This document shows, one piece after another, positions 23,697 to 38,477 of a stretch of 64,000 bases of DNA (position 1 is the stretch's first letter; the number at the start of each line of letters is the position of its first letter). The stretch covers positions 22,010,001 to 22,074,000 of the forward strand of contig NC_043016.1 of assembly GCF_006345805.1 (NCBI RefSeq), written 5' to 3'. Under the pieces are notes generated by a model. It was not told the origin of the DNA. It did no database searches and worked only from the letters and a program-made list of their open reading frames with translations. A program made the position numbers and the translations under genes. The stretch comes from Octopus sinensis. Lineage: Eukaryota.

Positions 23697-23732
<36 letters not shown>

Positions 23733-23861
23733 AGTGTGTGTGTGTAGGAAGTGAAGGATAAAAATATGGCAAGAAGTGGACAGATGTACATATATACATA
23801 CATACATCCATACATACATACATGTGTGTGTATGTATGTGTATTAATGTGTGTGTGTGTTA

Positions 23862-24248
23862 TCTCTATATAAAGCTGAAGTTGTCTGTGTGCGGCAGGTT
23901 TGGTAGCCTTCAACTAACACTATCTCCTCCGAGACCCTGCGGCGCAAGTTGACCAAAATTGAGAGTATGATAGAAGAAGGGTTGCTCTTCCTTCCGTAGA
24001 AGATAACATTCAAATTGGACCATGTTAACACCAAAAATTATTTACATCAAAAAGGTGCTTTTTTCTATGAAAATCCCTATTTTTTACGATTTTTTCACTG
24101 CTGTGTCACCACTTTTCGGTGTATTTCAACCAGAAAAATGTTCACTTGAAGAGAATAACAAGCTACATAATGCAAAATTTTTACTTTTCAAAAATTCCAA
24201 TTCCAGCGGGTCGAAACAAACCTGAGCAACGCCGGGCGATACTGCTAG
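23862..24248 (+). mobile_element. Non-autonomous Helitron (family A)
   Basis: A|TC 5' end (atctctatataaagctgaag), 3' gagcaacgccgggcgatactgCTAG|T, inserted in an AT dinucleotide. Homologous to 47311-47733. Confidence 0.85.
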
Positions 24249-25626
24249 TATATATATATAAGTAAATAAATGGAGTTGATCGCAGATGTTATTCAAATTC
24301 TTTTACTTTCAACATATGTTTCGAAGACAACATTGGTTTTATTCCAAAGGGATAAACTGTGTAAAATAATGCAATCTTCTCATCTTGAAAGAAAGAGAAG
24401 CTATCTCAACAACAAGACATTATAACAATTTTGATGACTGCATAAATGATAAACAGAACGCTATTAAGTATTTTAAAAAACCATTAGTAGATCCGATGTC
24501 AAAGGCAGACCCTAGGAAGAGAAGGGGTAAAGAAATAATAAGTAGAGAACAAATAAAGAGGGATATATTGGTTAAAAAAAATGTTCAAAGACTTGGAAGT
24601 AGATTTCTCTATTGAAGTAAAGTGCAAGTTGAACTAAATGTTCAAACTATAAAGACTGGTAAAAATCACTTATATGAACTAAAGGTATGTTTCTGCCAGC
24701 GCTTACATTTGTAAGATCGCTCTATAAGTGTGTTAACAAGGTGATCCTTAGAGAAGAGAGTATGGAAGTCTTTATAGTTTGAAGGCCTGATGATTGGGGT
24801 TATATTCTAAGAAAGGCGTGGTTAAGGAACCGCCATGGTTAAGGAACCGGAAAATGAACCTCAAGAATCACGTGTAGCCGAGATTAAATTAAATTAAAAT
24901 TCTTTTATATGGTGAGATGAAGGGGCCTACTATCTCTCAATGAAAATATAAATATACATATATATATATATATTATATTAAATTAGAGATAAAACCACTA
25001 TTAGGCAAATCAAACAATGAAAAACATAAGCCAATACATAAAATTAATTAATTTATATTATTTTAAATATATATCAAAAGTATAAAAGTTTAATAAAAGA
25101 TAATGAGTAAAACACTACGATCGTTTCATGGCTGTCCAATTCGTAATAATTCGAGTTATGGTTACAGTCAATATTCAGGTAATTGAAATATCTAAAATAT
25201 AATCAGAAATATTTAAACAATATTTTTAAGATATAAATAATATAATAATTTTACTTATAATAAACTCTATTATCAAACTAGAAACATAGAACTTAACATT
25301 TATGATTATATCAAAATCGACTATAATGTTAAATATTAATTTTAATTTATAAGATAGGAAACCCACCAATAATCTAATATCGGTATTAGTCTATATCTAA
25401 TTACATAAATATTTAAAAATGACTAATTTATATAAATTATCAATGAAAATATATAAATGTATATAAATATTATAATTAAGATCTAAAATAATCTCTATAA
25501 ATAAATATATATGCACATATAATAAAAACCTAATAAATTTAATTTTTCATATTTAAAGATGAATAGAATTTCATATATATACTCACACACACATAACCTG
25601 GTATACCAGATTATCTCTCTCTTTGT

Positions 25627-26165
25627 CATCATCATCATCATCATCATCGTTTAACATCCGTTGGACAGTTCAACCGGGGATCTGGGAAGCCAGAAGGCTG
25701 CACCAGGCTCCAGTCTTATCTGGCAATGTTTCTACAGCTGGATGCCCTTCCTAACGCCAACCACTCCGTGAGTGTAGTGGGTGCTTTTTACGTGCCACCT
25801 GTACAGGTGCCAGGCGAGGCTGGCAACGGCCACGGTCGGATTGGTGTATTTTATGTGCCACCGGCATGGAAGCCAGTCGAGGCAGCGCTGGCATCGGCCA
25901 CGTGTCAGATAGTGCTTTTTACGTACCACCAGACCAGGGATCCTGGCTGGTTCAATTCGATTTCGCTTTCGCTTGCCCCAGCATGTCTTCGCAAGCAAAG
26001 GGGGGTTGGCATGGGTGCCTGTCGTACGGTCGGATTGGTGTATTTTACGTGCCACCGGCACGGAAGCCAGTGGAGGCGGCGCTGGCATCGGCATGAGTCG
26101 GATAGTGCTTTTTACGTACCACCAGACCAGGGATCCTGGCTGGTTCAATTCGATTTCGATTTCGC
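25627..26165 (-). mobile_element. RTE LINE 3' UTR/tail with internal ~60-70 bp tandem units
   Basis: (cat)n + gtttaacatccg...gctggatgcccttcctaacgcc tail and repeated ttttacgtgccacc units. Homologous to 27006-27690. Confidence 0.8.
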
Positions 26166-26170
26166 TTATA

Positions 26171-26212
<42 letters not shown>

Positions 26213-26213
26213 C

Positions 26214-26337
<124 letters not shown>

Positions 26338-26469
26338 GACAAAGAGAGAGATAATCTGGTATATCAGGTTATGTGTGTGTGAGTATATATTTGAAATTCT
26401 ATTTTTCAAAGTGAGTAAAATCACTGTCTTCACCACATACAGGTTTGTCCTATCAGGTGCCAGTACCAC

Positions 26470-26628
26470 TTGTAAAGCATCCAATACAGTCTATTAAGTG
26501 GTTGGCATTAGGAAGGGCATCCAGCTGTAGAAACCAACCACAACAGGCAATTGGAGTCTGGTCAGTTCCTTGTCAAACCATCCAACCCATGCCAGTATGG
26601 AAAATGGATGTTAAACGATGATGATGAG
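26470..26628 (+). mobile_element. Short RTE 3' tail
   Basis: ggaagggcatccagctgtagaaac...gttaaac(gat)n. Confidence 0.75.
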
Positions 26629-27005
26629 ATACATACATACTTATATATATATGTTATATATATATATGAAATTAAATAATAATTGACACTAATCAATTAA
26701 AACCAGCATATTTAAAAAATCCGAAGATTAAAAATTGTGTTACATGCAAAATTAAGAAGATTGATCACCAAAGTGGACACCCAACATGCCAATCATAGAC
26801 GTCAAATCACCACTTCCATGAAGAGCATGCTCTCAAGAAAAATCTCAGCAAAATGCCAAAATATTTTTGGCGTTTTGCTGAGACTCTTCCTGAGAACACA
26901 CTCCTCATGGCAATGGCGATCTGACATCCATGTCTAGCACACTAGGCATCCACTTCAGTGGTCATTCCTCTTAATTTTGTTTGTGTGTATATATACATAT
27001 ATATA

Positions 27006-27690
27006 TGACCTTTGAACTTTAGGTCTCACTGAGGAAATGACCAGCGACCGAGACCTTTGGAAATATGCTGTACGTGAAAAGACCAGGCAGGACAAGTGAG
27101 TCCAACCCACTTATGCATGCCTTTCCTCCCTTGGACACACAAAGACCTGTTGAGGCAAGCGAAGTCGATATCGAACCTCATCCGACGACAGGCACCTATG
27201 CCTACCCCCCTTTGCTTGCGAAGACCTGTTGGGGCAAGTGAAATCGGAATCGAAATTGAACCAATCCTATGACTGGCACCCGGCAGATGCCAGGACCCCT
27301 GGACTGGAGATACGTAAAAAGCACTATCCGAATCGTGGCCGATGCCAGCGCCGCCTCGACTGGCTTCCGTGTCGGTGGCACGTAAAAAGCACCATCCGAA
27401 TCGTGGCCGAAGCCAGTGCCGCCTCGACTGGCTTCCGTGCAGGTGGCACGTAAAATACACCAATCCGACCGTGGCCGATGCCAGCCTCACCTGGCACCAG
27501 TGCAGGTGGCACGTAAAAAGCACCCACTACACTCACGGAGTGGTTGGCGTTGGAAAGGGCATCCAGCTGTAGAAACATTGCCAGATAAGACCGGAGCCTG
27601 GTGCAGCCTTCTGGCTTCCCAGATCCCTGGTTGAACCGTCCAAACCATGCTAGCATGGAGAACGGACGTTAAACGATGATGATGATGATG
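27006..27690 (+). mobile_element. 5'-truncated RTE LINE: ORF2 end plus complete 3' UTR
   Basis: Starts with LGLTEEMTSDRDLWKYAVREKTRQDK* (RTE C-terminal DR..W motif), followed by the repeat-bearing UTR and (GAT)n. This identifies the many (cat)n-tailed pieces in the window as RTE 3' ends. Confidence 0.82.
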
Positions 27691-27691
27691 T

Positions 27692-27778
<87 letters not shown>

Positions 27779-28354
27779 TGTATGTATATATGTATGTATG
27801 TATGTATTAAGAATAACTAGATAGTCAAAATGTTGGATAATCATATACACCCTTATTCACATTTCCTCCTCTATTGGATTCATCAAAAAAGTAGTTTACA
27901 GTAAGTTTGCTTCCCCCTTTTATGCAAAATTGAAATTGATGTTCTAGAAAAGGAGAGAGGAGGAGAGAACAAATTAGAAAGGAAGGGGCAGATGAGAGAG
28001 GAGGAGAGATTGAAGATAGAGAAAAGAAAGCAGGAGAATGTTTTGGGATTGCATTCTTGTTCTGGTGGGTTGTGAAGGAAGAGAAAAGAAAGAATAAAAT
28101 GTTTGAGAAGGAAGGAGAGTTAAAAGGAGGCGTGGCCCTGTATCCATTTGGTCAGACTTGTCTGACTAAGATTCAATATGTTGCTTTTTTTCTACTTAGT
28201 GACCCTTTGGGTGGGGAGGAAAAGGAACCCTTGTATTCAAGTGGTCAAAGTTTTCAATTGGAAAACCAGATGTTGATCACAATTACATTTCAAGGTCCTG
28301 CTCTTCAATTCCTTTGCATTCATTAATGTAAGGGAGAGAGAACAGTTGTATATA

Positions 28355-28386
<32 letters not shown>

Positions 28387-28388
28387 GC

Positions 28389-28441
<53 letters not shown>

Positions 28442-28491
28442 GCATATATACACATGTATATGTACATACTTACATCTACATGTGTGTATAT

Positions 28492-28539
<48 letters not shown>

Positions 28540-30149
28540 GTATGTATATATATGCATATGTGGGCACAGGAGGTCATGAAATGTGTACAACAAAATTATA
28601 TGAAGTACAAGTACATGGAATATAAACTATTTTTCCGAACAACAAAAGATACAAATGGAAAACAAGACACGCAACATAAACAACCATTCATCAACATAAA
28701 CGTATTTTGAGTGAGAGTAGAAAAACAGCCAATGTTTTCCATTTGTGTCTTTTGTTGTTTGAAAAAATAGTTCATGTTCCATGTACTCGTACATCATATA
28801 TTTTTGTTGTACACGTTTCGTGATGTCCTGTGCCCACATATGCATATGTATATATACGTGTAGATGTAAGTATGTACATATACATATGTATATGCATATA
28901 TATATATATATATATTATTTATATTATTATATGATTGAACGCTACACATCCTCTTCCAAGTAAGTTTTATCTATATATATATATATATATATATACAAAA
29001 ACCCCAGCATAGCTTGGTGATTAAAAAGTTTGCTCCTCAGTCATGTGGTCTTGGTTTCATTCCCACTGTGTAGCATCTGGGGCAAGTGTCTTCCCCTATA
29101 GCTCTGGACTGACAAAAGCCTTGAGTGAATTTTATAGATAGAAACTGCATGGAAGTCAGTTGTGTGTGTGTGGTGTGTGTGTGTGTGTTGTGTGTGTGTG
29201 TTGTGTGTGTGTGGTGTGTGTGTGTGTGTGCGTGCGTGTATAGCTATATGTGTGTCTTTGTCTTTTGTTTGTTACACCACCATCTTAATGGTCAGTGTTG
29301 GTTTGTTTACATCCCATAACTTAGCTGTTCAACAAAAGAACCCAATAAAATAAGTAACAGACTTAATAACTACTGGGGCTGATTTGTAGATCACCTCAAG
29401 TGGTGCCCCGGCATTGCCACAGTCTGAAATGACTGAAATGATATTGAAAAGATACTGAATTATTATTTTACCTCAGAAGAAAAAATATTTCAAACTAAAC
29501 AAGTAGCTACTGTAACTTGCTACCAAAATAATAAATAAAGAGAGAGAAGTAAAAAATATTTGTATGTCAGCTACAGTGTTACCAGATTAGGTTACAAGTG
29601 GAAGATTTTGCTACTTTTCAGGGCTGCACCGTACTATTTCGTACAGTGGGTGGTGCTTTGACTTGGGTTAGATGCTAATTAAAGATTTTAATTTTTAACG
29701 ATAGAATTGACCTATAAATAATCTGTTCACTTACACACAGACATGCTCTCTCTCTCCCTCATTCACTCACATAAACTTAAATAATGCATATGTACATACA
29801 CACATATATACATACATCATCATCATTGTTTAACGTCCTCTTTCTATGCTGGCATGGGTTGAACGATTTGACTGAGGACTGACAAACCAGATGGCTGCAC
29901 CAGGCTCCAATCTGATCTGGCAGAGTTTCTACAGCTGGATGCCCTTCCTAACACTAACCACTCCAAGAGTGTAGTGGGTGCTTTTATGTGTCACCAGGCG
30001 GTACTGGCAATGGCCATGCTCAAATGGTGTTTTTTACACACACACATACACACACACACACACACACACATGCACACACACACACAGTATATACAAATAA
30101 GTGTGTGTGTGTGTAGGTAGTCTGCTCCAATTTAAAGCTTAACCACTTT

Positions 30150-32050
30150 TTGTTAGATGTGCTTTACCTGTGTATGAGCACATAAGTGGTCTTTGGGCCC
30201 TGAGAGCTGCTTGAGATTTGTATTACAAACAGTGCAAAGTGTTACAACATCAAGATCACCTAGCTTTACATCATTTTCCACAGCAAAGGGTTCTGAAAGA
30301 ATACCAACAAGGTTAATTCTAGCCTTCATCTCTTTATGCAATAACATTCTCTTTCCATGCTGACATGGATTGGATGATTCGACAGGTGCTGGCCAAGAGG
30401 AACCTGTGCCATGCTTCTGTGTCTGTTTTAAAATCATGCCAAAAGAGACACAGAAGCATGGTGCAGGCTCCTGTCTAGCCTGCTTCTGTCGAACCATTCA
30501 ACCCATGCCAGCATGGGAGGAAGGCGTTAAACAATGATGATAATTCATACTTTTCCAAAACAATCCAGAATGCATCCCTACTTGTAGTATCAAATGGATT
30601 CAAAGATCCACAAAACAGCCATACAAAGGCATATTTTGTTTAGCACACCTTTCCTGAAGTTGGCGAACAGTAAATATTATACCATTTGTCCCCCAAGATG
30701 ATCTGAACTTGCATTGGGATTCTGGAACAAAAGTTGGAACATTATGTTTATTTAATTGTGCCAAAAGTAAATGGGCTAGAACTTACTTCCACAGCTGATA
30801 GAACAGATATTACAGGAAAATTTCTGCATTCATCTTTTGGATCTTATTTGAATAGTGATAGAAGAACTGCATCTATTCAGTCTTGTGGGACTTCTTCATT
30901 CTTTTGAAAAACAATCAATAAGTGACAGTCAATCCTTTTCTCCCTTCCACACTTAAGCGCCATTTATACCAGGCACCTTATTGTTACTTAGATTTCTTAC
31001 TGCTCATATGTCCTCTACTAATGGTGTTGACGCCATTTCCTCTTGATGGGTTGCTGTTGAATAGATTTTATTAAATTTATGTTGATTTCAGAAGGTTTAT
31101 TGAGAAATTCTGAGTAATGTTCCATCCAGCACTTTTGTGCTGATCTTTATAAATTATTGAACCATCTTTTGAGCATAGAGGTGCAATTCTTGAAGACTCA
31201 AATCCAAAGGTCTCCTTTAAAAAAGAATATAACCCTTTATAATTTTCCCTATCCTTGTGCAGCAAACTATTTCTCTAACTATTTCATATGACAGATTTTA
31301 GGCTTTTGAAGACTTCATTGCAATTAGGATTGAGAGATTGAACAAGAAATTGTCATCAAAGCTTCTTTTCCTTTGAAGCAAGTCACAAATTGCAGCATCA
31401 TCTTCCAGAAACTAGTCTTAGCTTTTCAAACACCAATAGGTCACTAATTGTACCAATACAGTATGAGTTATGACTAGATGTGTATTCAGAGTCATATTCA
31501 CAAATATAATTTCTCTTTGAAATTAAGTCATGTAAAGTAAACACAAGACTTTTCCACAGCTTAGAATGAGGATTGAACTACTTTTATTTTTCCTGCCACT
31601 AATCAATTTTTGTTTATATATCCCTTCTAATAATATCTGGTTACTTGATTCATAATGAAGCCAAACTTTATAATCAAATTCTCCATTGAACTTGACCAGT
31701 AAGAACCTGAAATAACAAAAAAGTGGTCACCTAATTACCACATTTCAGGAACGTAAGAGTTAGTGTAAAGTATGCATCCTAACTATAATAGTGACTGATA
31801 CCATTCTGTGAAAATCCTCAAACAAAGTGATTGAATTGAAGACTGTTTTAAATACACTTTTACCCTACATTTAAAACACAGTCAAAAGCTCTAAATACAA
31901 AGAATGTCATTCCCAATACAAGGCAGTGTGTTACATGAATGAATGAAAATTGTTGGCAAAGATACAGATAGCATCAATGAATTATTCTCTGGAGGACATA
32001 AAATTACCAAATCTCTACTAAATAAGACATTATATTTTCCATAATCAATT
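30150..32050 (-). mobile_element. Highly degenerate RTE LINE (APE + linker + RT start)
   Basis: Minus-strand fragments: FNPHSKLWK (W.HPRSK.WH-like), YKGLYSFLKETFG...PLCSKDGSII, PLYGCF...FDTTSRDAFWIVLEKY and LHKEMKARI...SEPFAVEN.VK.G. Confidence 0.65.
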
Positions 32051-32639
32051 ACCAACTCCAAAATAAATATTATATTACAAACATTCAGAAATATAGGGAA
32101 TTATGAAGAATCTATATGGATTTTTTTGAAGCATTCAAACACTCCCATGTAAGCATAGAGGCTAGCAATTCATCTGTGATTAGTGATCTCATTGCTTTAT
32201 ATAAACTAAGATCCAAGTTAACACATATTCAAGGAGGCCTATATAGAACAGATTGCTTTTTATATGTAATTAAAAGGAATTCTCAAACTAGAAAAAAAAA
32301 TTAGAAAAAAGAGGAAATGCATCTAGCACTCTCATCAGCTGCAGCTAGGGTGATTTTCATCTATGCAACACATTTATAAGAGATAACATTTCAGGATAAA
32401 TAGCACAGTAAATTTGTCTACCATGTAATGAACTAGCATTAAATATGATGCCCAAATGCCTATTTTAATCTAACATTGCTTCAGTAGTATATAACAGATA
32501 TATATATGTGGTGGTGGTGGTGGGCATACCCTCAAACTATACACCAAAATGAAAAAATCCCTAGATTCTCTTATCCAAATAGTAACAGAATTTAGCAAAG
32601 CTTTTGGTAAGTAGTTTGGGTATAATAATTGTGCAGTTT

Positions 32640-32940
32640 TAATTATGAAGAGAATTCAAAAGGTTAAGCCCAATGGTATGAAGATACCACCAAACAACAT
32701 CATTATATCACTGAGAGATAATGAAGGATACAAGTTTCTAAGACTGCAACAAGATAAGGTAATGGAAATAAAAATGAGAGAGAAAGTCTCCAAAGAAGAA
32801 AAAATACAGATTAGAAGTTGCTTGAAACAAAACTAAATGGAGGTAATATTATCAAAAGCAAGGCCAATCCCAGCCTTTTCTAAAATGGAAAAAGACAGAG
32901 CTACAGAATTGAATAGAACTTGACAGATGCTCTCAGTGTG
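32640..32940 (+). mobile_element. R4/Dong-type RT fragment
   Basis: EGYKFL...DKVMEIKMREKVSKE...LETKLNGGNII resembles 4340-4500 of the intronic R4 element. Confidence 0.6.
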
Positions 32941-32989
32941 TAATGCCCGTGTCCTATAAGTATTATCAACTGGATCTACTTATACCTGC

Positions 32990-33300
32990 AATACTGTCTT
33001 ATTAGATTTGAAAAACTTTGCAGTTAGTGGCCCAGTCCCTCCAAATGTCTCAAATGCCACAAGCTGGAAGAGATAATTTGCTGTCATGTCCCGATACTTC
33101 AAGGTTTTCTTTCATTCATCTATGGAAAAAGTGACTTTCTCATTAATTGCAGCATCCAGGATGTTGGAAGGAATAAAGGAGTTGCAGATTGTGGCATCCC
33201 AAATGAGGCACCTATCTCTAACCTAGGGACAGAGAATAAGCCCATCTGGTCTCTTTCCATCCCTTCTGGATAACCCCAACAGCTCCAGGTTTTTCAGTGT
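32990..33300 (-). mobile_element. RLE endonuclease fragment of a CRE/HERO-type non-LTR element
   Basis: The minus strand gives LGLSRRDGKRPDGLILCP*VRDRCLIWDATIC...KKTLKYRDMTANYLFQLVAFETFGGTGP (DGKRPDG..WD.T and KY..F...ET.G motifs). Confidence 0.75.
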
Positions 33301-33599
33301 GTGCACATAAGAAAATTATGGCTTATTTTAGAATGCTTACAATTTATAGGGTATTATTAATTCAGTTTACTTAGTGCAATATTTCTGCATCCCAGTTTAA
33401 TTAAGTTTACATTATTTACATTTTGGATCCCGCATTTTGAATAGAAATACACAGTTTGTATGCTTAATTTGTGTAATATTAATGTTAGTCTAACATTAGA
33501 ATGGTCAGTGTGACATCACACCCAATGACAACAACCACCATATGCCACTGACGATAAGCTCACAATTTTCATCACCACAACTATCAACTTTTGATCTGT

Positions 33600-35000
33600 G
33601 ATGTTGATATACTAATAATATTGTCTATTAACAAGTCAGACATGCATTTCCCACTCACAAAATTTTAGTCCATGTGGCATAACAGTTAAAACCAATGTTT
33701 CAATGCCGAGGAACATTTTGACTACCTTTGAATGCATGATTTTGGGACAAATTTTATTGCCAGCAAAATCTTATAAAATGACAATGTTCTAAAAGATGTA
33801 CATGTTTATATGTTATATATGAAAATAAATTAAGAACTTCTATGTCCAGACAAAATTGCTTTTTACTAGCTCCTTCACAATGAAGTCTTGGGAGATACGA
33901 AGCTTTCCTAACTCTTGAGAAAAATAAAAGAATTATTTGAGGATAACCCACTTGAAGAGTTGATGTTGACACAACCTTTTTATCCCACTTACTGTCAAAT
34001 GTGGAAGCTATTTTAGCACCTATAAGAGAGCAGAGCTCTACTATTCAGTTGGCTGAATTAGCAGATGGTATTATGGGTGTTTTTTTTCCAGTACTTCTAA
34101 CACAGAAATTCATCCTTCTACTTTCACATCTATTTCTTCTGAACTGGCAATGTTTTGTAGGAGGACTGAAGACAAAATTCAGACACTGACAGACAGATTC
34201 ACATAATGATAGTCACCTCAATATTCTGCGCACTCAAATTCTTGTTTTTAAAGGACTTCACCAAATCATTTGTTCAGTCCTCGTGGGAGAGTTACTACAT
34301 TTTGTTGGTATCACAACTTTGGTGCTAAAGCACACAAATGCATTCTACTATATTCTTTCAAATCAATCACTCAAACATGGGCAAATGACTGCTCCAAGGA
34401 CTACATTTTTTGCCTTCAATAAGTCACATCCTATATTTTCAATACTCTTTCCAAATTTTGGTTCCTGGTAGATACATGAGCAGCATATAGCATTTTGTCT
34501 GTAAAATGTTTATGCAAATCAGGAAAACCAACAGCAATTACTTAACAGGCTGTTAGCATTTCTCCTCTTTCCACTTCTGGTGAAAAATCTAATTTATCAA
34601 TACAATGTTTATGAGTATTGAATCTGCTACTGTCAGTCCACTTTTAATTGTACCCTCCTAATCTAATCATTATCACATGATTCTTTAAAAATTTCCAGAC
34701 TTCACTAGCAACCTTTTTAATAAGAGGAATCCTGTTCACTCTGTTGCATATCATATCATCAGTTAGGGACCTCCTGTTTCATTGTGACTTGGACAAACTA
34801 AAATTGGCAAAGGACGAACTTAGCAATGTGTTGGAGCTCAGAATAATTTGATCTTCCTGTAGTAATTGGCCTTCTCCACTGCATGTGGTTCACAAGAAAT
34901 TGGTATCCCTGTGGAGACTACAGACGATTGAATGCTTTAATTGTTCTTAATAAATATCCAATTCTTCTTATCCATGATTTCTCAGGTTCTTTATATAGTT
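33600..35000 (-). mobile_element. Very degenerate RTE-like RT/3' fragment
   Basis: Scattered weak motif matches only (LEHCHFIRFCWQ, NYYRKI); boundaries approximate. Confidence 0.35.
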
Positions 35001-35099
35001 GTACTGTTTATTTGAAAATCCATTTAGTATGTGCCTATAATAAGTTCCTATAGAACCTGCTTATGTTCCTAAAACTGCTATAATTACTTCATTTGGACT

Positions 35100-36000
35100 T
35101 TACGAATTTCAAATCATGCCACCCAACACACACAAAACACAACATCCCGTATTATCCAGCCAGGAAAATTTGTACTATAGTAGATGATCCATATACCAGG
35201 AACTTATAGAGCTCAAAGAACTCAGAACTTATGGAACTCAGGACTTATAGAACTCGAAGTATTTCTGCTCAAGCAAAATTTCCCTCACCTACTTATAGAA
35301 AATAACATACAATAGGTAAAAGAGATATCTATAGAACAACTTAGGGCAACACAAGAAAAATGAATCCATCAATGGAACACAATACCATTTCTAGTAACAC
35401 ACAATCTGCATCACTAAAGTATTTTTAACATCATCAAAACAAATTTGCCAATCATAAAACAAAGTGAAAAATTAAAAAAACATAATAACTAACCAAACAC
35501 TTATCTTAAGCAAAAGGCAACCACATAACCTAAAGAAACTATTAACCAAGGCAAAATTCAACATGAATAAACAGGATAAAACAGTCACAGTACCCAAGTG
35601 TAATGATAACAGATGTGGAATGTGTCAATACATGCATACTGGTAGATCCACTAGAACAAAAAATGAACAGATTTTCACAAATGCAGATATGAACTGCAAA
35701 AGCAGAAATTTGATCTACTGTATTAAATGCCCTAATTGTGAGGAACTAGATATTGGCAAGACAAGGAATGCATTATTGGAAACCTCACGAGTTCACGGAC
35801 AACAAATCCAGAACACTAATGTTCGCCAAATTCCATTGCATGAACATATGGAAACACATGGTCAAAAAATGCTTCTAATTTTTCCTTTCCACAAACTACA
35901 TGACATAAGTGAGGTTGGAAAAAGATAAAAGAAAAATGTTTTATTAAAATGTTCAAACTTGTTCTGAACAGAAATAACAACAATTAATAAACAACCAGTT
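35100..36000 (+). mobile_element. Penelope-like element, RT C-terminus to GIY-YIG
   Basis: ORF 35563-35928: KCNDNRCGMCQYM...MNCKSRNLIYCIKCPNCEELDIGKTRNAL...VHGQQI...LHEH. Confidence 0.85.
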
Positions 36001-36513
36001 AATGATGTGCATTAAAAAATATCTTTAACATATGAATACAAACCAATTGAAAAAAAAAACAATTGAAACCAACTAAACTTGCTCACTCATAAGACCATTA
36101 CATGTGAGCTACAAGCTAATTGGTTAAAATAAAGGTGTAATATCAAACCATGACATTTAAGGTGCATGAGGATTGGTCAAAACTGTATTCCAAAAATTCA
36201 GCTTCTTGGAGCCTTCTAAGAGGTATAAAAAGAAACACGTCAGTCATTTTACTACAGTTGTCAAGAACTCAACAGTTAGTTAAATACATTTTGAAACTTG
36301 ATAATTACTATGAACATATGAAAGCACTAATTGAACTTTATGAACATTACAAAATATTTTTTTCAATGTGTAATATACTTCAACATTGTAAAAAAAATTT
36401 TTTTTAATACAATGATAAAAAAAAATGGGAAAAATAGACAATGTTTTAACTTTATACATCTGATATATACATACATACATAAATACATACATACATACAT
36501 ACATACATACATA

Positions 36514-37061
36514 CATGAGGACAAAGAAATAAGAACCCACAATATGGTAGAAGCCATAGCCACTCATAATAAAAAGGAATACTGGTAGAATGTACCAGTG
36601 AAAACCTGAAGAAAATGTAAGCACAACATACCTGATATAAAGAAGAGAAACTGTGTACAGTTGTAGAAATTAGCTGCCCAACAGATGTTAACATAAAGCT
36701 AAAGATCAGTGAAAAAGAGAACACCTATACTGAACTATTGAGAAATCTACAGTTACTATATCCAGATTACAAGTTCAGGTTAATACCTGTAATTATTGGA
36801 ACACTGAGATATGTAACACACTGCCTAAACATCAATCTTGAGAAAATAGGCTTCTCAAAACCAGTAAGGAGAAAGCTAATTTGAGGACTACAGATCCAGT
36901 CCATCACTGGAACTGTAAAAATTTCTAAGAGTTTATCATTTAAATATATATGATCATGTCTAGATATGCAACTATATGCATGAGAATACATACATAAAGC
37001 AAAACATACAATCTGCACGTATACATATGTACATACATACATTCATACATACATTCATACA

Positions 37062-37095
<34 letters not shown>

Positions 37096-37212
37096 CATAC
37101 ATACAAACAAAAATACCCTATTGTTGATGTTGAAATTCCAATGAAAGAGCCTTGGATCTAGGTTAGAAATCGATTCTTTCTCTATTGACAAGAAATCTTG
37201 AAATAAACTGAT
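36514..37212 (+). mobile_element. Second copy of the RLE non-LTR 3' fragment (same family as 9001-10275)
   Basis: Colinear with ~9508-10275, including the internal (TACA)n and terminal unique segment. Begins directly after a (TACA)n tract. Confidence 0.8.
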
Positions 37213-37236
37213 TAATAGCATATATACATATATATA

Positions 37237-38413
37237 CTAGCATAAAAGACCCGTCGTTGCCGGGTCATAGTGCTAGTGCATGTATATATGTGTATATATA
37301 TGTGTACATATTACATGTACATCTATATATATACATCTACACATAAAATGCAAAATACAAAGTTATATCTTGATATCGCTAGTGATAACAATACTCAAAA
37401 TATATAACAGACTGGAATTGTTAGCCCGTCTCTTGTAATTTCAATCAATTGTATCTTGTCCACCCTCTTGTATAGAAGTGTGGCTACAATCCAGCCTACC
37501 TCTACTTCGGGGGGGGGGGGGATTTTAAATTTTTTTTCGGGACGTCATATGTCCCAGATATAAAGGTAAAAATAAAATATTTCCACTTTGCAAGTTCAAG
37601 TCGAGTACTCCCTTGCACGCTCCGTTGACTCGAACCTTGCTTCTATTGTGGCGAATTTACCGCCTCTGATTAGATATCTTTCATAGTCGCACCAAGACAC
37701 TTTTCGAAGGTGCTTTCATCCATGTGTTCAAATCTTCTTTTTTCTCTACATTGTATACTTTATAGACAATAATCTTTTCTTTAATTTAATTTTTTATTAT
37801 CCATCTGGACTATTCTATTTCTGCACGCTAATTTTATTTTTAATTTATTCCCATTCATGTGAAACTACTTATTCAAGTTCAAGTCATTGATGCAATTTTA
37901 TACCAATTGCTATTTTTACTTTTGTTATGTTACGATTATATTATATTTTAGTTTGATTTTAATTATTACTTACTACATATAATTCAATTGTTATTATTAT
38001 TTTTATTGTTAAAGTGAAAGTATCTGACATAAAATAGAGAAACGTTTTTGTTTCACTTTTAACATGTAATACTGAAATAGTGGAGAAGATATGATATTGC
38101 TATGGGCTCGCTCTAGGCAAGAAGTTGAACATTTCTTTTGCCCATGAAACTACATGGACCCTAAGTAAGGCATGTGTAAAATTTGAATGGAATTGGTTGA
38201 GTAGTTCTCAAGTTTTAGGGAATTGTAGTGGAGAAGATATGATATTGCTGTGGGCTCGCTCTAGGCAAAAAGTTCAAAATTTGTTTTGCTGATGACACTC
38301 CCCGGACCCTGAGTAAGGCATGTGTAAAATTTGAATGAAATTGGTTGTGTAGTTCTCAAGTTTTAGGGAAACACACAGACAGACACACATTCTCAGTTTT
38401 ATATATATAAAGA
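37237..38413 (-). mobile_element. Non-autonomous Helitron (family B) with an internal ~145-bp tandem repeat
   Basis: Minus-strand A|TCTTTATATATAT start at 38413. The 3' hairpin GACCCG-N7-CGGGTC (37248-37266) is followed by CTAG|T at 37240-37236. Two tandem tagtggagaagatatgatattgc units lie at ~38078 and ~38227. Confidence 0.8.
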
Positions 38414-38441
38414 TTAAAGCCGAAACAATTTAAAGATTTAA

Positions 38442-38476
<35 letters not shown>

Positions 38477-38477
38477 A

